The translations under genes and the position numbers were made by a program. The notes under the pieces were generated by a model. That model worked only from the letters and a program-made list of their open reading frames with translations. It searched no databases and was not told where the DNA came from. A stretch of DNA of 64,000 nucleotides. Source: Chloroflexota bacterium (GTDB lineage Bacteria > Chloroflexota > UBA11872). The stretch lies in the NCBI GenBank assembly GCA_965219705.1, contig OZ244789.1:1526718-1590717 (forward strand), written 5' to 3'. Below, piece after piece: positions 46,331 through 56,635 of this stretch; the first letter of the stretch is position 1; every line of letters starts with the position of its first letter.

Positions 46331-47661
46331 GCCAGCGCCAGCGTCAGCGCTTCGGCCAGGTTGGCGGCGCCCACGCCCTCGGGCGCGCCGTTGCGGGCGC
46401 TGGCGGCCGGCACCAGGCAGCGGGTGAAGCCCAGGCGCTGGGCCTCGCGCACGCGCACCGCGGCCGACGGCACCGAGCGCAGCTCGCCCGAAAGCCCGAT
46501 CTCGCCGATGGCGGCCACCTGTGTCCCGGTCGCCACGTCGCGCGCGCTCGACGCGATGGCGATGGCGACGGCCAGGTCGACCGCGGGCTCGCGGAGGCGC
46601 AACCCGCCGACCACGTTCAGATACACGTCGTGCTGGCCGAGTTGGACTCCGGCGCGGCGGCCGAGCACCGCCAGCAGCATGTGGAGCCGGTTGAGGTCGA
46701 ATCCCGTGGCGAGCCGCTTGGGCAGGGCATAGGCCGTCGGCGCCGCCAGGGCCTGGACCTCGACGACCAATGGCCGCGTGCCTTCCAGCGGCACGGCCAC
46801 CGCCGAGCCCGGCGCGCGGGCGTCGCGCTCGGCGAGGAACAGCGCCGACGGATTCGGCACTTCGCGCAACCCGTCGCCGCGCATCTCGAACACCGCCACC
46901 TCGAACGTCGGCCCGAAGCGGTTCTTCACCGAGCGCAGCAGGCGCTGCGCGTGGAAGTCGTCCCCTTCCAGGTACAGCACCGTGTCCACGATGTGCTCGA
47001 GCGTGCGCGGCCCCGCCACCGTGCCTTCCTTGGTGACGTGCCCCACCAGCAGCACCGGCGTCTGGGACGCCTTGGCGAACTGCATGATCTGCACCGTCGC
47101 CTCGCGCACCTGGCTCACGCTGCCGGGCGCCGCGCCCAGACCCTCGACGCGCACGGTTTGAATCGAATCCACGACGATCAGACCCGCGCGCAGGCGCTGC
47201 GCCTCACTCAGCGCCCCGCCGATCTCGGTATCGGGGTAGATGTGGATGGCGCTGGATTCGAGCCCCATGCGCCTGGCGCGCATGCGGAGTTGCTGCGGCG
47301 ACTCCTCAGCCGCCGCGTAGAGCACCGGCCGCCGGTCGGTGCCCAGCGCGGCGGCCGCGCGCAGCACGAGCGTGGATTTGCCGATGCCGGGGTCGCCGCC
47401 GATCAGGATCAGCGCGCCGTCGACCAGGCCGCCGCCCAGCACGCGGTCGAATTCGACCATGCCGGTCGAGCGGCGCACCGCGGCGTCGTCCTGGACCTCG
47501 CCCAGGGGTACGGCGGCAACCGCCGCGGAGGCCGGCGCCGCGCTGGGCGCACGGTGCTGGATGATGCTGTTCCAGCCGCCGCATGCGCCGCACTGCCCGC
47601 TCCACTGCTGATGGCGTGTCTCGCAGGCCTCGCAGATGTAGGTCGCGCGAGCCTTAGCCAT
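46327..47661 (-). CDS. radA: DNA repair protein RadA/Sms
   Basis: C4 zinc finger, GDPGIGKST, KNRFG. Confidence 0.98.
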   Translation of the reverse strand: MAKARATYICEACETRHQQWSGQCGACGGWNSIIQHRAPSAAPASAAVAAVPLGEVQDDAAVRRSTGMVEFDRVLGGGLVDGALILIGGDPGIGKSTLVLRAAAALGTDRRPVLYAAAEESPQQLRMRARRMGLESSAIHIYPDTEIGGALSEAQRLRAGLIVVDSIQTVRVEGLGAAPGSVSQVREATVQIMQFAKASQTPVLLVGHVTKEGTVAGPRTLEHIVDTVLYLEGDDFHAQRLLRSVKNRFGPTFEVAVFEMRGDGLREVPNPSALFLAERDARAPGSAVAVPLEGTRPLVVEVQALAAPTAYALPKRLATGFDLNRLHMLLAVLGRRAGVQLGQHDVYLNVVGGLRLREPAVDLAVAIAIASSARDVATGTQVAAIGEIGLSGELRSVPSAAVRVREAQRLGFTRCLVPAASARNGAPEGVGAANLAEALTLALA

Positions 47662-47724
47662 CAGGGCTAGCGCTGTGCGGGATGGAGGGCGTTGGCGCGC
47701 CGGCGCCGCGGCGCGCGGGCCCGA

Positions 47725-50184
47725 TCAGGCGCTGACAGGGGCTCGGGTCGAAATGTCGAGCTCGTCGCCGGCACGGTCCACGATCACTTTCGAGCCGGTT
47801 GCGAAGGCGCCGCGCAGCAACTCCTCGGCCAACGGGTCCTCGATGAGGTTCTGGATCACGCGCCGCAGCGGGCGGGCCCCGAAGTCCGGGTCGTAGCCCT
47901 TCTCGGCCAGCAGCGACTTGGCGCCGGGCGTGACCTCCAACTCGAGCTCGTGCTCGGTCAGCTGCAATTGCACCCGGCCAAGCTCGAGGTCCACGATGGC
48001 CTCGACGTCGTTGCGCGTCAGCGCGTGGAAGACCACGGTGCCGTCGACGCGGTTGAGGAATTCCGGCCGAAACAGCTTCTTGAGTTCCGCCAGCACCTTG
48101 CTCCGCATGGACCTGTAGCGGGCCTCATCGGCCTGCTCGCCCTCGTCGGAGTGGAATCCGAGTGCGGCGCCGCGCCTGATGTGCTGCGCGCCCACGTTGG
48201 AGGTCATGATGATGATGGTGTTGCGAAAGTCCACCGTGCGGCCCTTGGCGTCGGTCAACCGCCCGTCGTCCATGAGCTGCAGCAGGATGTTGAACACCTC
48301 GGGGTGCGCCTTTTCGACTTCGTCGAGCAGGATCACCGCGTAGGATCGGCGGCGCACGGCCTCGGTGAGCTGGCCGCCCTCTTCGTAGCCCACGTAGCCC
48401 GGCGGCGCGCCCACGAGGCGCGAGACCGCGTGCCGCTCCATGTACTCCGACATGTCGATGCGGATCAGGGCGTCCTCGCTGCCGAACATGAACTCGGCCA
48501 GCGCGCGGGCCAGCAGCGTCTTGCCGACGCCGGTGGGACCGAGAAACATGAAGGCCCCAATCGGCCGTTGGGGGTCTTTGAGCCCGGCGCGCGCGCGCCG
48601 CACCGCGCTGGCAACGGCGTGGATCGGCTCCTGCTGACTGACGATGCGGTGCGCGAGCACGTCCTCCATGTGCAGCAGCCGCTCGGATTCCTCTTGGCGG
48701 ATGCGCGTGACCGGAATCCCGGTCCACATGGCGACGACCTGGCCCACCTCGTCCTCGCCGACGTTGGGCGGTCCCTCGCCCTGCTCGGACGACCAGGAGG
48801 CGCGCGCCTCGTTCAACTCAAGCCGCAGCTGCTGCTCGTGTTGCCGCAGCTCGTTGGCGTCCTCGAAGCGCTGCTCGGTGATCGTGCGCGCCTTGTCGCC
48901 GGCGATCTGCTCGAGCTTCGTTTCCAACTCGCGAATGGCGCGCGGGGGCATGCCGTGGCGAATCTTCACCTTCGCCGCCGCTTCGTCCATCACGTCGATC
49001 GCCTTGTCGGGAAGGAATCGATCCGTCACGTAGCGCCCGGCCAGCTCGGCGGCGGCCTTGACCGCGTCGTCCGTGATCCGCACCCGGTGGTGTTCCTCGT
49101 AGCGCGGGCGCACGCCGGTCAGGATCGCGATGGTCTCGTCGATCGACGGCTCGCGCACCGTGACCGGCTGGAAGCGGCGCTCGAGCGCCGAGTCGCGCTC
49201 GACGTACTTGCGGTACTCGTCCAGCGTGGTGGCGCCGATGACCTGCAGCTCGCCGCGGGCCAGCGACGGCTTGAGGATATTGGCGGCGTCCACCGCGCCT
49301 TCGGCCGCGCCCGCCCCGACCACGGTGTGCAACTCGTCGATGAACAGGGCGCAGTCGCTGGCCGCCTTGAGCTCGTCAATGACCTTCTTGAGCCGCTCCT
49401 CGAACTCGCCGCGGTACTTGGTGCCGGCCACCAGCGCACCCATGTCCAGCGTCAGCAGCCGCCGGCCGCGGAGTGACTCGGGCACGTCGCCCGACACAAT
49501 CCGCTGCGCCAAACCCTCCACGATGGCTGTCTTGCCAACGCCGGGGTCCCCGATCAGCGCCGGATTGTTCTTGGTTCGTCGGCTCAAAATCTGGATCACG
49601 CGCTCGACTTCGTCGTGCCGCCCGATCACCGGGTCCAGCTTGCCGGCGCGGGCCGCCGCCGTGAGATCGATGCCCATCTGATCCGCCACGGGCGTCTTGG
49701 AGGTGCGCTTCTGGCCCTCCCCGCGGCCGCGCTCGGTCGGGTTTTGGCTCACCAACTGCACGACCTGCGCCCGCACCTTCTCGAGGTTCACGCCCAGGCT
49801 CTCGAGCACGCCGGCGGCGATGCCCTCGCCCTCGCGCACCAGCCCCAGCAGCAGGTGCTCGGTGCCGATGTAGTTGTGGCCCAGCCGGCGCGCTTCCTCG
49901 ATGGAGAGCTCGATGACCCGCTTGGCGCGGGGCGTCAGGCTGATATCGCCGACCACCATGCGCTCGCCGCGGCCGATGATGAACTCCACCGCGTTGCGCA
50001 CCTTGTTCAGCTCGACACCCAGGTTAGTGAGCACCTGCGCGGCGATGCCCTCGCCCTCGCGCACCAGCCCCAGCAGCAGGTGCTCGGTGCCGATGTAGTT
50101 GTGGTTGAACCGCGTGGCCTCGTCTTGGGCGAAGACCAAGACCTTTTTCGCGCGCTCGGTGAACTTATTCAGGCGGTCGTTCAC
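47725..50184 (-). CDS. clpC: ATP-dependent Clp protease ATPase subunit ClpC
   Basis: Two Clp-N repeats, [22 protein letters not shown]. Confidence 0.97.
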   Translation of the reverse strand: MNDRLNKFTERAKKVLVFAQDEATRFNHNYIGTEHLLLGLVREGEGIAAQVLTNLGVELNKVRNAVEFIIGRGERMVVGDISLTPRAKRVIELSIEEARRLGHNYIGTEHLLLGLVREGEGIAAGVLESLGVNLEKVRAQVVQLVSQNPTERGRGEGQKRTSKTPVADQMGIDLTAAARAGKLDPVIGRHDEVERVIQILSRRTKNNPALIGDPGVGKTAIVEGLAQRIVSGDVPESLRGRRLLTLDMGALVAGTKYRGEFEERLKKVIDELKAASDCALFIDELHTVVGAGAAEGAVDAANILKPSLARGELQVIGATTLDEYRKYVERDSALERRFQPVTVREPSIDETIAILTGVRPRYEEHHRVRITDDAVKAAAELAGRYVTDRFLPDKAIDVMDEAAAKVKIRHGMPPRAIRELETKLEQIAGDKARTITEQRFEDANELRQHEQQLRLELNEARASWSSEQGEGPPNVGEDEVGQVVAMWTGIPVTRIRQEESERLLHMEDVLAHRIVSQQEPIHAVASAVRRARAGLKDPQRPIGAFMFLGPTGVGKTLLARALAEFMFGSEDALIRIDMSEYMERHAVSRLVGAPPGYVGYEEGGQLTEAVRRRSYAVILLDEVEKAHPEVFNILLQLMDDGRLTDAKGRTVDFRNTIIIMTSNVGAQHIRRGAALGFHSDEGEQADEARYRSMRSKVLAELKKLFRPEFLNRVDGTVVFHALTRNDVEAIVDLELGRVQLQLTEHELELEVTPGAKSLLAEKGYDPDFGARPLRRVIQNLIEDPLAEELLRGAFATGSKVIVDRAGDELDISTRAPVSA

Positions 50185-50211
50185 CCGTGATCTCCCGCAG
50201 CGGCCCCGGTG

Positions 50212-51402
50212 TCAGCCGTGGGCGGTGTCCAAGCTCCCCATTGTCGCACTATCGCCGACCTCGGTGGGTAACGGCGACAACCGAATCCGCCGCCGCCCGG
50301 CGTCGATGCTCAGGATTTGGAAGTTGCCGAAGTCGCCTTCGCGCATCGAGTCCAGCGCCGCGTCCCCCAGATCGGAGGCGTGGGCCAGCCCCTCGATGCC
50401 ATCCGTCAGGCGCACGAAGGCTCCAAACGGCGCCAGCTTGGTCACCTCGCCCTCGACGATCTCGTTCACCCCGTACTTGGACTCCAGCGACTGCCACGGG
50501 TCCTTGGTCGCGCGGCGCAGGCTGAGGGCGATCTTCTTGTCCTCGCGGTCCAGCGAGAGCACGTAGACATCGATCTCCTGGCCCGGCTTCAGAATCTCCT
50601 CGGGGCTTTCCACCCGGCTCCACGACAGCTCGGAAATGTGGGCCAAGCCGTCCGCGCCGCCCAGGTCGACGAAGGCGCCAAAGCTGCAAATGTTGCTCAC
50701 GATGCCCTGCCGCACCTGGCCGACCTGAAGCTCGTCCAGCAGCACCTCGCGGCGGCGCGAGCGGACCTCGCGCTCGGCCACGCGCTCGGACAGGATGAGG
50801 CGATTGCGCCGGCGGTCGAGCTCGATGATCTTGACGTTGATCTGGCGGCCCACCAGCTCCGCCAGCCGCGCCGCCAGCTCGTCCTCCGTCTCGTCGCTGG
50901 CGCCGCGCCGCAGGCTCGTGAGCTGTGACAGCGGCACGAAGCCGCGCGGCCCCACGTCCACGAGCACGCCGCCCTTGTTGTATTCGAGAATTGTGGCGTC
51001 GATGATCGTGCCGTTTTCGAACAGCTCCTCGGTCGCCCGCCACACCTTTTCCTGCTCGGCGCGGCGGAACGACAGCATGGCTCGGCCGTCGCCTTCCGGC
51101 TGCACCACGTACACCAGCACGGTCTCGCCAAGCGAATGGACCGGGCGCGGCTCCTCGAGCCGGGTGTCCCACTGCTCGCGCTCCGGCACGAAACCTTCGG
51201 CCTTGAGCCCGATGTCCACCAGAATCTCGTCGGGCTCGATGCCCACCACCACGCCTTCGAGCACGTCGCCGCGGCCGATGCTCGGCATCTGCGCGCTTGC
51301 GTCCTCCAGCAGGGCTTCCATCGACTCGAGCGCTGGCATCTCGTCCAGCGGCATGGTCTCCGCGACGGCGCCCGCGGCCGGCGCGTCGTCGGTTGTGGTC
51401 AA
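50212..51402 (-). CDS. rpsA: 30S ribosomal protein S1 (four S1 domains)
   Basis: Repeated FGAFV...GLAH S1 motifs; TTG start after AGAGG. Confidence 0.88.
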   Translation of the reverse strand: MTTTDDAPAAGAVAETMPLDEMPALESMEALLEDASAQMPSIGRGDVLEGVVVGIEPDEILVDIGLKAEGFVPEREQWDTRLEEPRPVHSLGETVLVYVVQPEGDGRAMLSFRRAEQEKVWRATEELFENGTIIDATILEYNKGGVLVDVGPRGFVPLSQLTSLRRGASDETEDELAARLAELVGRQINVKIIELDRRRNRLILSERVAEREVRSRRREVLLDELQVGQVRQGIVSNICSFGAFVDLGGADGLAHISELSWSRVESPEEILKPGQEIDVYVLSLDREDKKIALSLRRATKDPWQSLESKYGVNEIVEGEVTKLAPFGAFVRLTDGIEGLAHASDLGDAALDSMREGDFGNFQILSIDAGRRRIRLSPLPTEVGDSATMGSLDTAHG

Positions 51403-51532
51403 GGGCGCACCTCTACTGGTTCGATACCGAACAAATTTCGCAGTGGACCCGAGTATAGCAACGCCTCTCCCGGTTTCAGGTGAGCTTGCGGCTATCTCGA
51501 CCGCGCGCGGCGATCCGCGCACACCGGTCCGC

Positions 51533-52300
51533 TCAGGGCATTTGGAATCCGCCGTCGTAGCTGATGTTCTGCCCGGTGATGTACTCGGCTTCCTCCGACA
51601 GCAGGAACGCGGCGATCGTGGCCACGTCCTCGGGCTGCTCCGCGCGGCCCAGCGGAACCAGCTTGATCATTTCGGCAAACACCTCGCCGGGCTGCCGCCC
51701 CTGGCGTGCGCCCTTGCCACGGTCGATCTGCTCCCACATGTCGGTGTCCACGAGCCCGGGGCTGATGGCGTTGACGCGCACCTGATGCTCGCTCAGTTCC
51801 AGCGCCAGGTTGCGCGTCAGCCCGTGCAGTGCGGTCTTGCTGGTGCTGTAAGGCCCCAGCCACAGCGATGGCCGGCGGGACGATGCCGAGGAAAGAATGA
51901 CGATGCTTCCCCGCCCGCGCGGAGCCATCACCCGCCCCACGGCTTGGGTGAAGAAGAACGCGCCGTCGAGATTGACCGCCATCACCCGCCGCCACTCCTC
52001 GGGGGGCACCTCCAGCAGCGGCCTCACCGTGATGATGCCGGCGTTCGCCACCGCGCCCGTCAGCCCGCCCAGGTCCGCGTCCACCATGTTCACCCACGCT
52101 GAGACGGCCTCGGGGTCGGTGACGTCCAGGGCGTCGCCGCGCGCGCGCCCGCCGGCCTGCTCGATCTCCGCCGCCACCTCGGCCGCGCTGGCGCCGTTGA
52201 TGTCCGAAACCGCAACCGCCCAGCCCTCGCGCGCCATCCGTAACGCGATCGCCCGGCCGATGCCGCGTCCGGCACCGGTGATGGCAAGTGCCCCCGCCAT
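51533..52300 (-). CDS. SDR family oxidoreductase
   Basis: TGAGRGIG, NAG, YSTSK, ITGQ. Confidence 0.95.
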   Translation of the reverse strand: MAGALAITGAGRGIGRAIALRMAREGWAVAVSDINGASAAEVAAEIEQAGGRARGDALDVTDPEAVSAWVNMVDADLGGLTGAVANAGIITVRPLLEVPPEEWRRVMAVNLDGAFFFTQAVGRVMAPRGRGSIVILSSASSRRPSLWLGPYSTSKTALHGLTRNLALELSEHQVRVNAISPGLVDTDMWEQIDRGKGARQGRQPGEVFAEMIKLVPLGRAEQPEDVATIAAFLLSEEAEYITGQNISYDGGFQMP

Positions 52301-52464
52301 GTGTCCCCCCTGCGTGTAGACCTTGGGTCCCGGCTCGGCGCCGCCCGCGCTCTGAGACCTACGCTAACCCTCGGCGCGGCGCCTTCGGTTTGCCATCCTA
52401 CGCGCCGCGCTGAATTGCGGCAGGAGGGCGGGCAGGTCCGCGAGCGTCGCGCGGCCGTCAGGTC

Positions 52465-53007
52465 TTAGGCAGACCCCGGCACGACAAACGTCACCCGTGG
52501 AAGCAAACGCTCGTCGAACTCCGCAAGCCGCTCCGGCCCCAACTTTTCCAGCGCCGCCAGCGCACGGGCCGCGTCCCTCCGCAGCGCCGTCACGTCCACT
52601 CCCAGGCACACCGGCTCGAACGGCTCAAGGCGCGCCAGGCCGTAGCGCAGCAGGTTGCAGGCGCCGCGATGGTTCCCGCGCGAGAGGTGATAGCACCCGA
52701 CGCCGACTTGCAGGACGCCGCGATAAAGATCGCGCACGGGTCCGGCTTCGGCCCTCCAGGCGTCTTCCAGCACCTCGTGCTGGGCGTAGAACTCTCGTTG
52801 ATTGAACAGCTCCGCCCCGCGCCGCAGCGCCGCGTCCGGCGGACCTTCGCAGCCGCAGGGCACGGAGGCCTCGCCGCACACGCCGCTCTCCCCTGGCCTC
52901 GCGCCGGTGTGGCCCGGGCCGCGCGCCGGTCGGTTGGCCCCGGCTTGCCGGGCCAGCGCCGCAAACTCGGCCCGCAGGTCACTCACGCGTCGCTCCGCAC
53001 ATGGCAC
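52465..53007 (-). CDS. DUF309 domain protein
   Basis: ELFNQREFYAQHEVLEDAW, GVLQVGVG-YH...GN; start uncertain (53007 or 52881). Confidence 0.82.
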   Translation of the reverse strand: MPCAERRVSDLRAEFAALARQAGANRPARGPGHTGARPGESGVCGEASVPCGCEGPPDAALRRGAELFNQREFYAQHEVLEDAWRAEAGPVRDLYRGVLQVGVGCYHLSRGNHRGACNLLRYGLARLEPFEPVCLGVDVTALRRDAARALAALEKLGPERLAEFDERLLPRVTFVVPGSA

Positions 53008-53035
53008 TCCCCGTCCTCCTCCGCGCCACTGGCTG

Positions 53036-53084
53036 TGTAAACCATGTCCCCGAACGGGCGTAAACCCGGTCTCCGGTCTGCCCA
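53036..53084 (+). mobile_element. IS481-like terminal relic
   Basis: TGTAAACCATGTCCCCGAACGGG / CGTAAACCCGGTCTCCGGTCTGCCCA followed by a REP half (GGGCGAGGGTGAGGG); resembles 45487-45535. Confidence 0.55.
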
Positions 53085-53103
53085 ATGGGCGAGGGTGAGG
53101 GTG

Positions 53104-53721
53104 TCAGCCGGCGTCCACGGCCTTGTAGCAGTAAGGATGGTGCGGCGTCGGAATCAGCCCGGTCGCTTCCAGGAATCCGCGCGCCACGCCCGGCCCCATG
53201 AACGCGAAGGTCTGCTTGAGGACCTTGATCTTCGCCTCGGCGTCGTCCGGCAGCTGCCGCAGAAACGCCCCCAGGTCGCCATGCTCCGCCTGGAGCTCGA
53301 GCACCGTGCGTGCGTTGGCAATGGCCGCATCGATCTTCTTCGCGCTGCGGACCACGTTCGGGTCGTCCATCAGGCGCGTCACCTCGGTCGGTCCATAGCC
53401 GGCGACGGCGTCGATGTCGAACGCGTCGTACGCCCGACGTAGTCCCTTGCGCTTATTCCAGATGAGCGTCCAGCTCAGTCCCGCGTGAAAGATCTCGAGC
53501 ATCATGCGCTCGAAGTACTCGCGGTCGTCAGCCGGCGGCTCGCCCCAGACGTCATCGTGGTAGGTCGTCAAGTCGGGGTTGCGTTGGGCCCACTCGCAGC
53601 GCAGTGACTGTCCCGCCGCGCGGCGCAACCCCGCGTCGGCCATGTCCTCGGGGGTCACGGGCTTGCGCAGCTTCACGCGGCGCGGCGGCACGACCGAATC
53701 CGACTGGCGTCGGGATGCCAT
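53104..53721 (-). CDS. tag: DNA-3-methyladenine glycosylase I
   Basis: RCEWA, YHDDVWG, EIFHAGLSW, FAFMGP, terminal H...C. Confidence 0.9.
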   Translation of the reverse strand: MASRRQSDSVVPPRRVKLRKPVTPEDMADAGLRRAAGQSLRCEWAQRNPDLTTYHDDVWGEPPADDREYFERMMLEIFHAGLSWTLIWNKRKGLRRAYDAFDIDAVAGYGPTEVTRLMDDPNVVRSAKKIDAAIANARTVLELQAEHGDLGAFLRQLPDDAEAKIKVLKQTFAFMGPGVARGFLEATGLIPTPHHPYCYKAVDAG

Positions 53722-53785
53722 ACAGCCTCCTCGGCGGACATGTCTTCTGACTCCGAGGGTAACGACCCCCGACGCCCCCGGCTAC

Positions 53786-55024
53786 CTACCGCGCGGCGCG
53801 GACCCGGTGATAGCGCTTGCGTCCGGCGCGTAGGAGCAACCCTTCTTCCGGGACGTGCGACCGGTCCACGACGGCCTCCGGGTCCACGGCGCGCGTGTCG
53901 CCAACGTACGCGCCGCCTTGGGCGACGAGCCGACGTGCTGCGCCCCGCGACGCCGCAAGACCGGTGCGCACGAGCAGCTCGACGAGCGGGATCCCTGCCT
54001 CCAGCTCAGCCGCGGGCACCATGCTCGCCGGAACGGCTCCGGCATCGCCCTCCGCGGCCGCGAAGAGCGCCCGGGCCGTTTCGCCTGCGGTGTCGGCTGC
54101 CTCGCTGCCGTGCACGGTCGCCGTCACGTTGTGCGCCAGCGCCTGTTTGGCGCGCCGGATATCCGGTCCGCGCAGGTCGCTCAGCTCGGCCACCTCCGGC
54201 GTCGGCAACGTCGTCAGCATGCCGAGCGCCTGCGGCACGAGCGCGTCGGCCAGGTTGATCCAGTATTGGTAGAAGTCGAAGGGTGGCATGCGATCGGCAG
54301 CCAACCACACGGCGCCGGCGGCGGTCTTTCCCATCTTGGCGCCGTCCGCCGTCGTCAGCAGCGGGGCAACCAGCCCGAAGGCTTGCGTGCGTTCCACGCG
54401 GCGAATGAGGTCGACGCCGGCCAGGATGTTGGCCCACTGGTCGCTGCCGGCGATCTGCAGCGTGCAGCCGTACGTCCGCTTGAGGTGCAGGAAGTCATAC
54501 GCCTGCAGCAAGCGGTAGTTGATCTCGATGAAGTTCAGATTCTCGCCGGCGTCCAGCCGCTTGCGGTAGGTGTCGGTCGCGAGGATCTCGTTCATGCTGA
54601 AGTAGCGGCCGATGTCGCGCAGGAACCCCAAGTAGCCCAACTCCGCCAGCCAGTCGGCGTTGTTGAGGATGATTCCGCCGTCGGGACCGAGATCGACGAA
54701 CCGCTCGAGCTGAGTGCGAATCGCGGCGACGTTTGCCGACACCTCCTGCTCCGTGAGCAACGCACGCGTGTCCAGGCGGTCCGATGGGTCGCCGATGAGC
54801 CCCGTGCCGCCGCCCGCGATGAGGATCGGCCGGTGGCCCGCTTGTTGCAGGTGGTGCGCCATCATCAGCGTCACCAAGTGGCCGGCGGTGAGGCTCGCCG
54901 CACTTGGATCGAATCCCACGTAGAAGGTGAGGGGCCGTTCCAAGGCGCGACGCAAAGCGGCGGCGTCGCTCGCAGCCGAGATCAGGCCGCGTTCGTCGAG
55001 GATGTCAAAGGCGTTGGCAGGCAT
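53786..55024 (-). CDS. tyrS: Tyrosine--tRNA ligase
   Basis: YVGFDPSA, LLQAYDF, GSDQWANI, KMGKT, C-terminal S4 domain. Confidence 0.97.
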   Translation of the reverse strand: MPANAFDILDERGLISAASDAAALRRALERPLTFYVGFDPSAASLTAGHLVTLMMAHHLQQAGHRPILIAGGGTGLIGDPSDRLDTRALLTEQEVSANVAAIRTQLERFVDLGPDGGIILNNADWLAELGYLGFLRDIGRYFSMNEILATDTYRKRLDAGENLNFIEINYRLLQAYDFLHLKRTYGCTLQIAGSDQWANILAGVDLIRRVERTQAFGLVAPLLTTADGAKMGKTAAGAVWLAADRMPPFDFYQYWINLADALVPQALGMLTTLPTPEVAELSDLRGPDIRRAKQALAHNVTATVHGSEAADTAGETARALFAAAEGDAGAVPASMVPAAELEAGIPLVELLVRTGLAASRGAARRLVAQGGAYVGDTRAVDPEAVVDRSHVPEEGLLLRAGRKRYHRVRAAR

Positions 55025-55219
55025 GGTGAGACTCGCAAAGGAAGGCGCCTCAAGCGGGCGCCGGGAGCGCCGAATGGCGTGTACCACCGCGGTGGTCACG
55101 CGAAGCCGGCGGCGTATCGCTAGGCGACGACCGCCGGCCGCCTATATGCCCGGCGCATGCAGGGCTCCTGGGCGCTCCAACCAACCATGGACGATGCTAG
55201 GCGGCGGTTGCCCGCGGCG

Positions 55220-56575
55220 TCAAAGGTGCTGTGCGCACTGCTCGCCCCAGACGTCCTCAGCGAGCGCCCGTACGGTTTCACTGCCCGCCTGCACCGCAGC
55301 CAGGCGGGCGTTTTCCATCCGTTCGAGCGCCGACTGCGGGTTCGCGGCCCCGTCGGGACCCATCAGCGAGCTCCAGGCGCTCGCCTCGGCAACCACGGCC
55401 CGAATCTCGGCTTCCAGACAGTCGGTGTCCGACGGGACGTATTGCTCGTCATGGAAGTCGGCAAGATGCTGAAGCTCGTGCGCCAGGACCGCTGCCACGG
55501 CTTCGCGGCGCTCGGCCAGGAGTTCCCGGCTGACGGCGATGCTGGATGGGGGTGTGAAGGAGGCGAAAACTTGATTCGAGAGCGACCGAAACCGGATCGG
55601 GGCCGAGATCGCGGCGGCGGCCTCGAGTCCGGGCGTGGCGGACGGGACGCTCTCCAACAATCGCAGCGCCTCGGCGAGCACGTCGTCGACGACGTTGTAC
55701 ACGCGTTCGGTCGCGCTGGCGGGTAGGGCGTCCACAAACACGGGCGCACTGTCCTGCACGTCCAGCATGCGGGTGTCGTCATGGGCGTGCGGCGTGGCGA
55801 CCGGCGAGTCGCCGAGGAGCAAGTCCTTGTAGTGGTCACCGCTGTTCACCAGCACCACGGTGCCCACGGGCGGTCCCCCCTCCACCTGTTCCACCCAGTG
55901 CTGCAAAGCCGTGCGCTGGAAGCGCTGCACCACAAACGGGCCGAAGGCCTCTGGGTGCGACATGGGCAGGCCGTGGAGCTCGATGCTGGCAGGCACGCTG
56001 TCGGGCTCGATGGGATTGGCGAGGAAGGCCTGGGTGATCGCCGGATCGGTCATCCAGCCCATCCGTGCGGCTTGCGCCGCGGCAAAGGTCTCGGACTCGT
56101 CGAGTTCGCTGCGCGGAATCGAGCGCGCATGGAGTGCGTCGTCGTGCCCGGCCTCGCGCAAGAGCTCGTAGATGTTCGCCAGCTGGACCTTGTCCTCGGC
56201 CGGCGACCATTGCATAAGGGCGCGTTGGGTGAGCTGATAGATGAACCCGCCCGGGCCGATCCAGGGGCGAGAGGAGGGATATCCCATCACGTCGAGCCCG
56301 CCGTAACGCTTGAAGGCGTCGAAGAACCGCGGCCCGTCGGCAAAGTTGCGCACCCCGAAGCCCGTGCCGTCCTCGCCCAGTCCCGGATAGAACCATCCTG
56401 ACGGCACGGCAATCGCCACCGGCAGCGCGGCTGCGTCGTCGTCGGGCTCTTGCGCAGCGGCGGTGCCCGATGCCGCCAGCGCGGCGATGAGGGCGAAGCC
56501 AAGCGCGGCCGCCCGCACCCGCCGCAGCCAGCCGCGTTCCGAATGCGCGGTCATTTGTTCCGGCACGGACTGCAT
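55220..56575 (-). CDS. Secreted protein with 'GYP' surface domain and C-terminal HExxH zincin-like domain
   Basis: Signal peptide, GGLDVMGYPSSR, AHELQH...E; start 56575 or 56554. Confidence 0.75.
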   Translation of the reverse strand: MQSVPEQMTAHSERGWLRRVRAAALGFALIAALAASGTAAAQEPDDDAAALPVAIAVPSGWFYPGLGEDGTGFGVRNFADGPRFFDAFKRYGGLDVMGYPSSRPWIGPGGFIYQLTQRALMQWSPAEDKVQLANIYELLREAGHDDALHARSIPRSELDESETFAAAQAARMGWMTDPAITQAFLANPIEPDSVPASIELHGLPMSHPEAFGPFVVQRFQRTALQHWVEQVEGGPPVGTVVLVNSGDHYKDLLLGDSPVATPHAHDDTRMLDVQDSAPVFVDALPASATERVYNVVDDVLAEALRLLESVPSATPGLEAAAAISAPIRFRSLSNQVFASFTPPSSIAVSRELLAERREAVAAVLAHELQHLADFHDEQYVPSDTDCLEAEIRAVVAEASAWSSLMGPDGAANPQSALERMENARLAAVQAGSETVRALAEDVWGEQCAQHL

Positions 56576-56635
56576 CCCTTGGAGTCCCTGGGCGCACGGG
56601 CGGGCGGCGCCGCTCGCGTACTGTAGATTGCCAGA

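Noticed and set aside
47692-49476. Long antisense ORFs (also 4910-6901, 46165-47670 and the extension of 55220-57736)
   Set aside because: Shadow ORFs from high-GC codon bias opposite well-supported genes.
49815-50104. Near-identical ~65-bp repeats in clpC
   Set aside because: These are the expected duplicated Clp-N motifs ([22 protein letters not shown]).
55025-55219. T-box leader upstream of tyrS
   Set aside because: No T-box consensus or terminator/antiterminator recognised.
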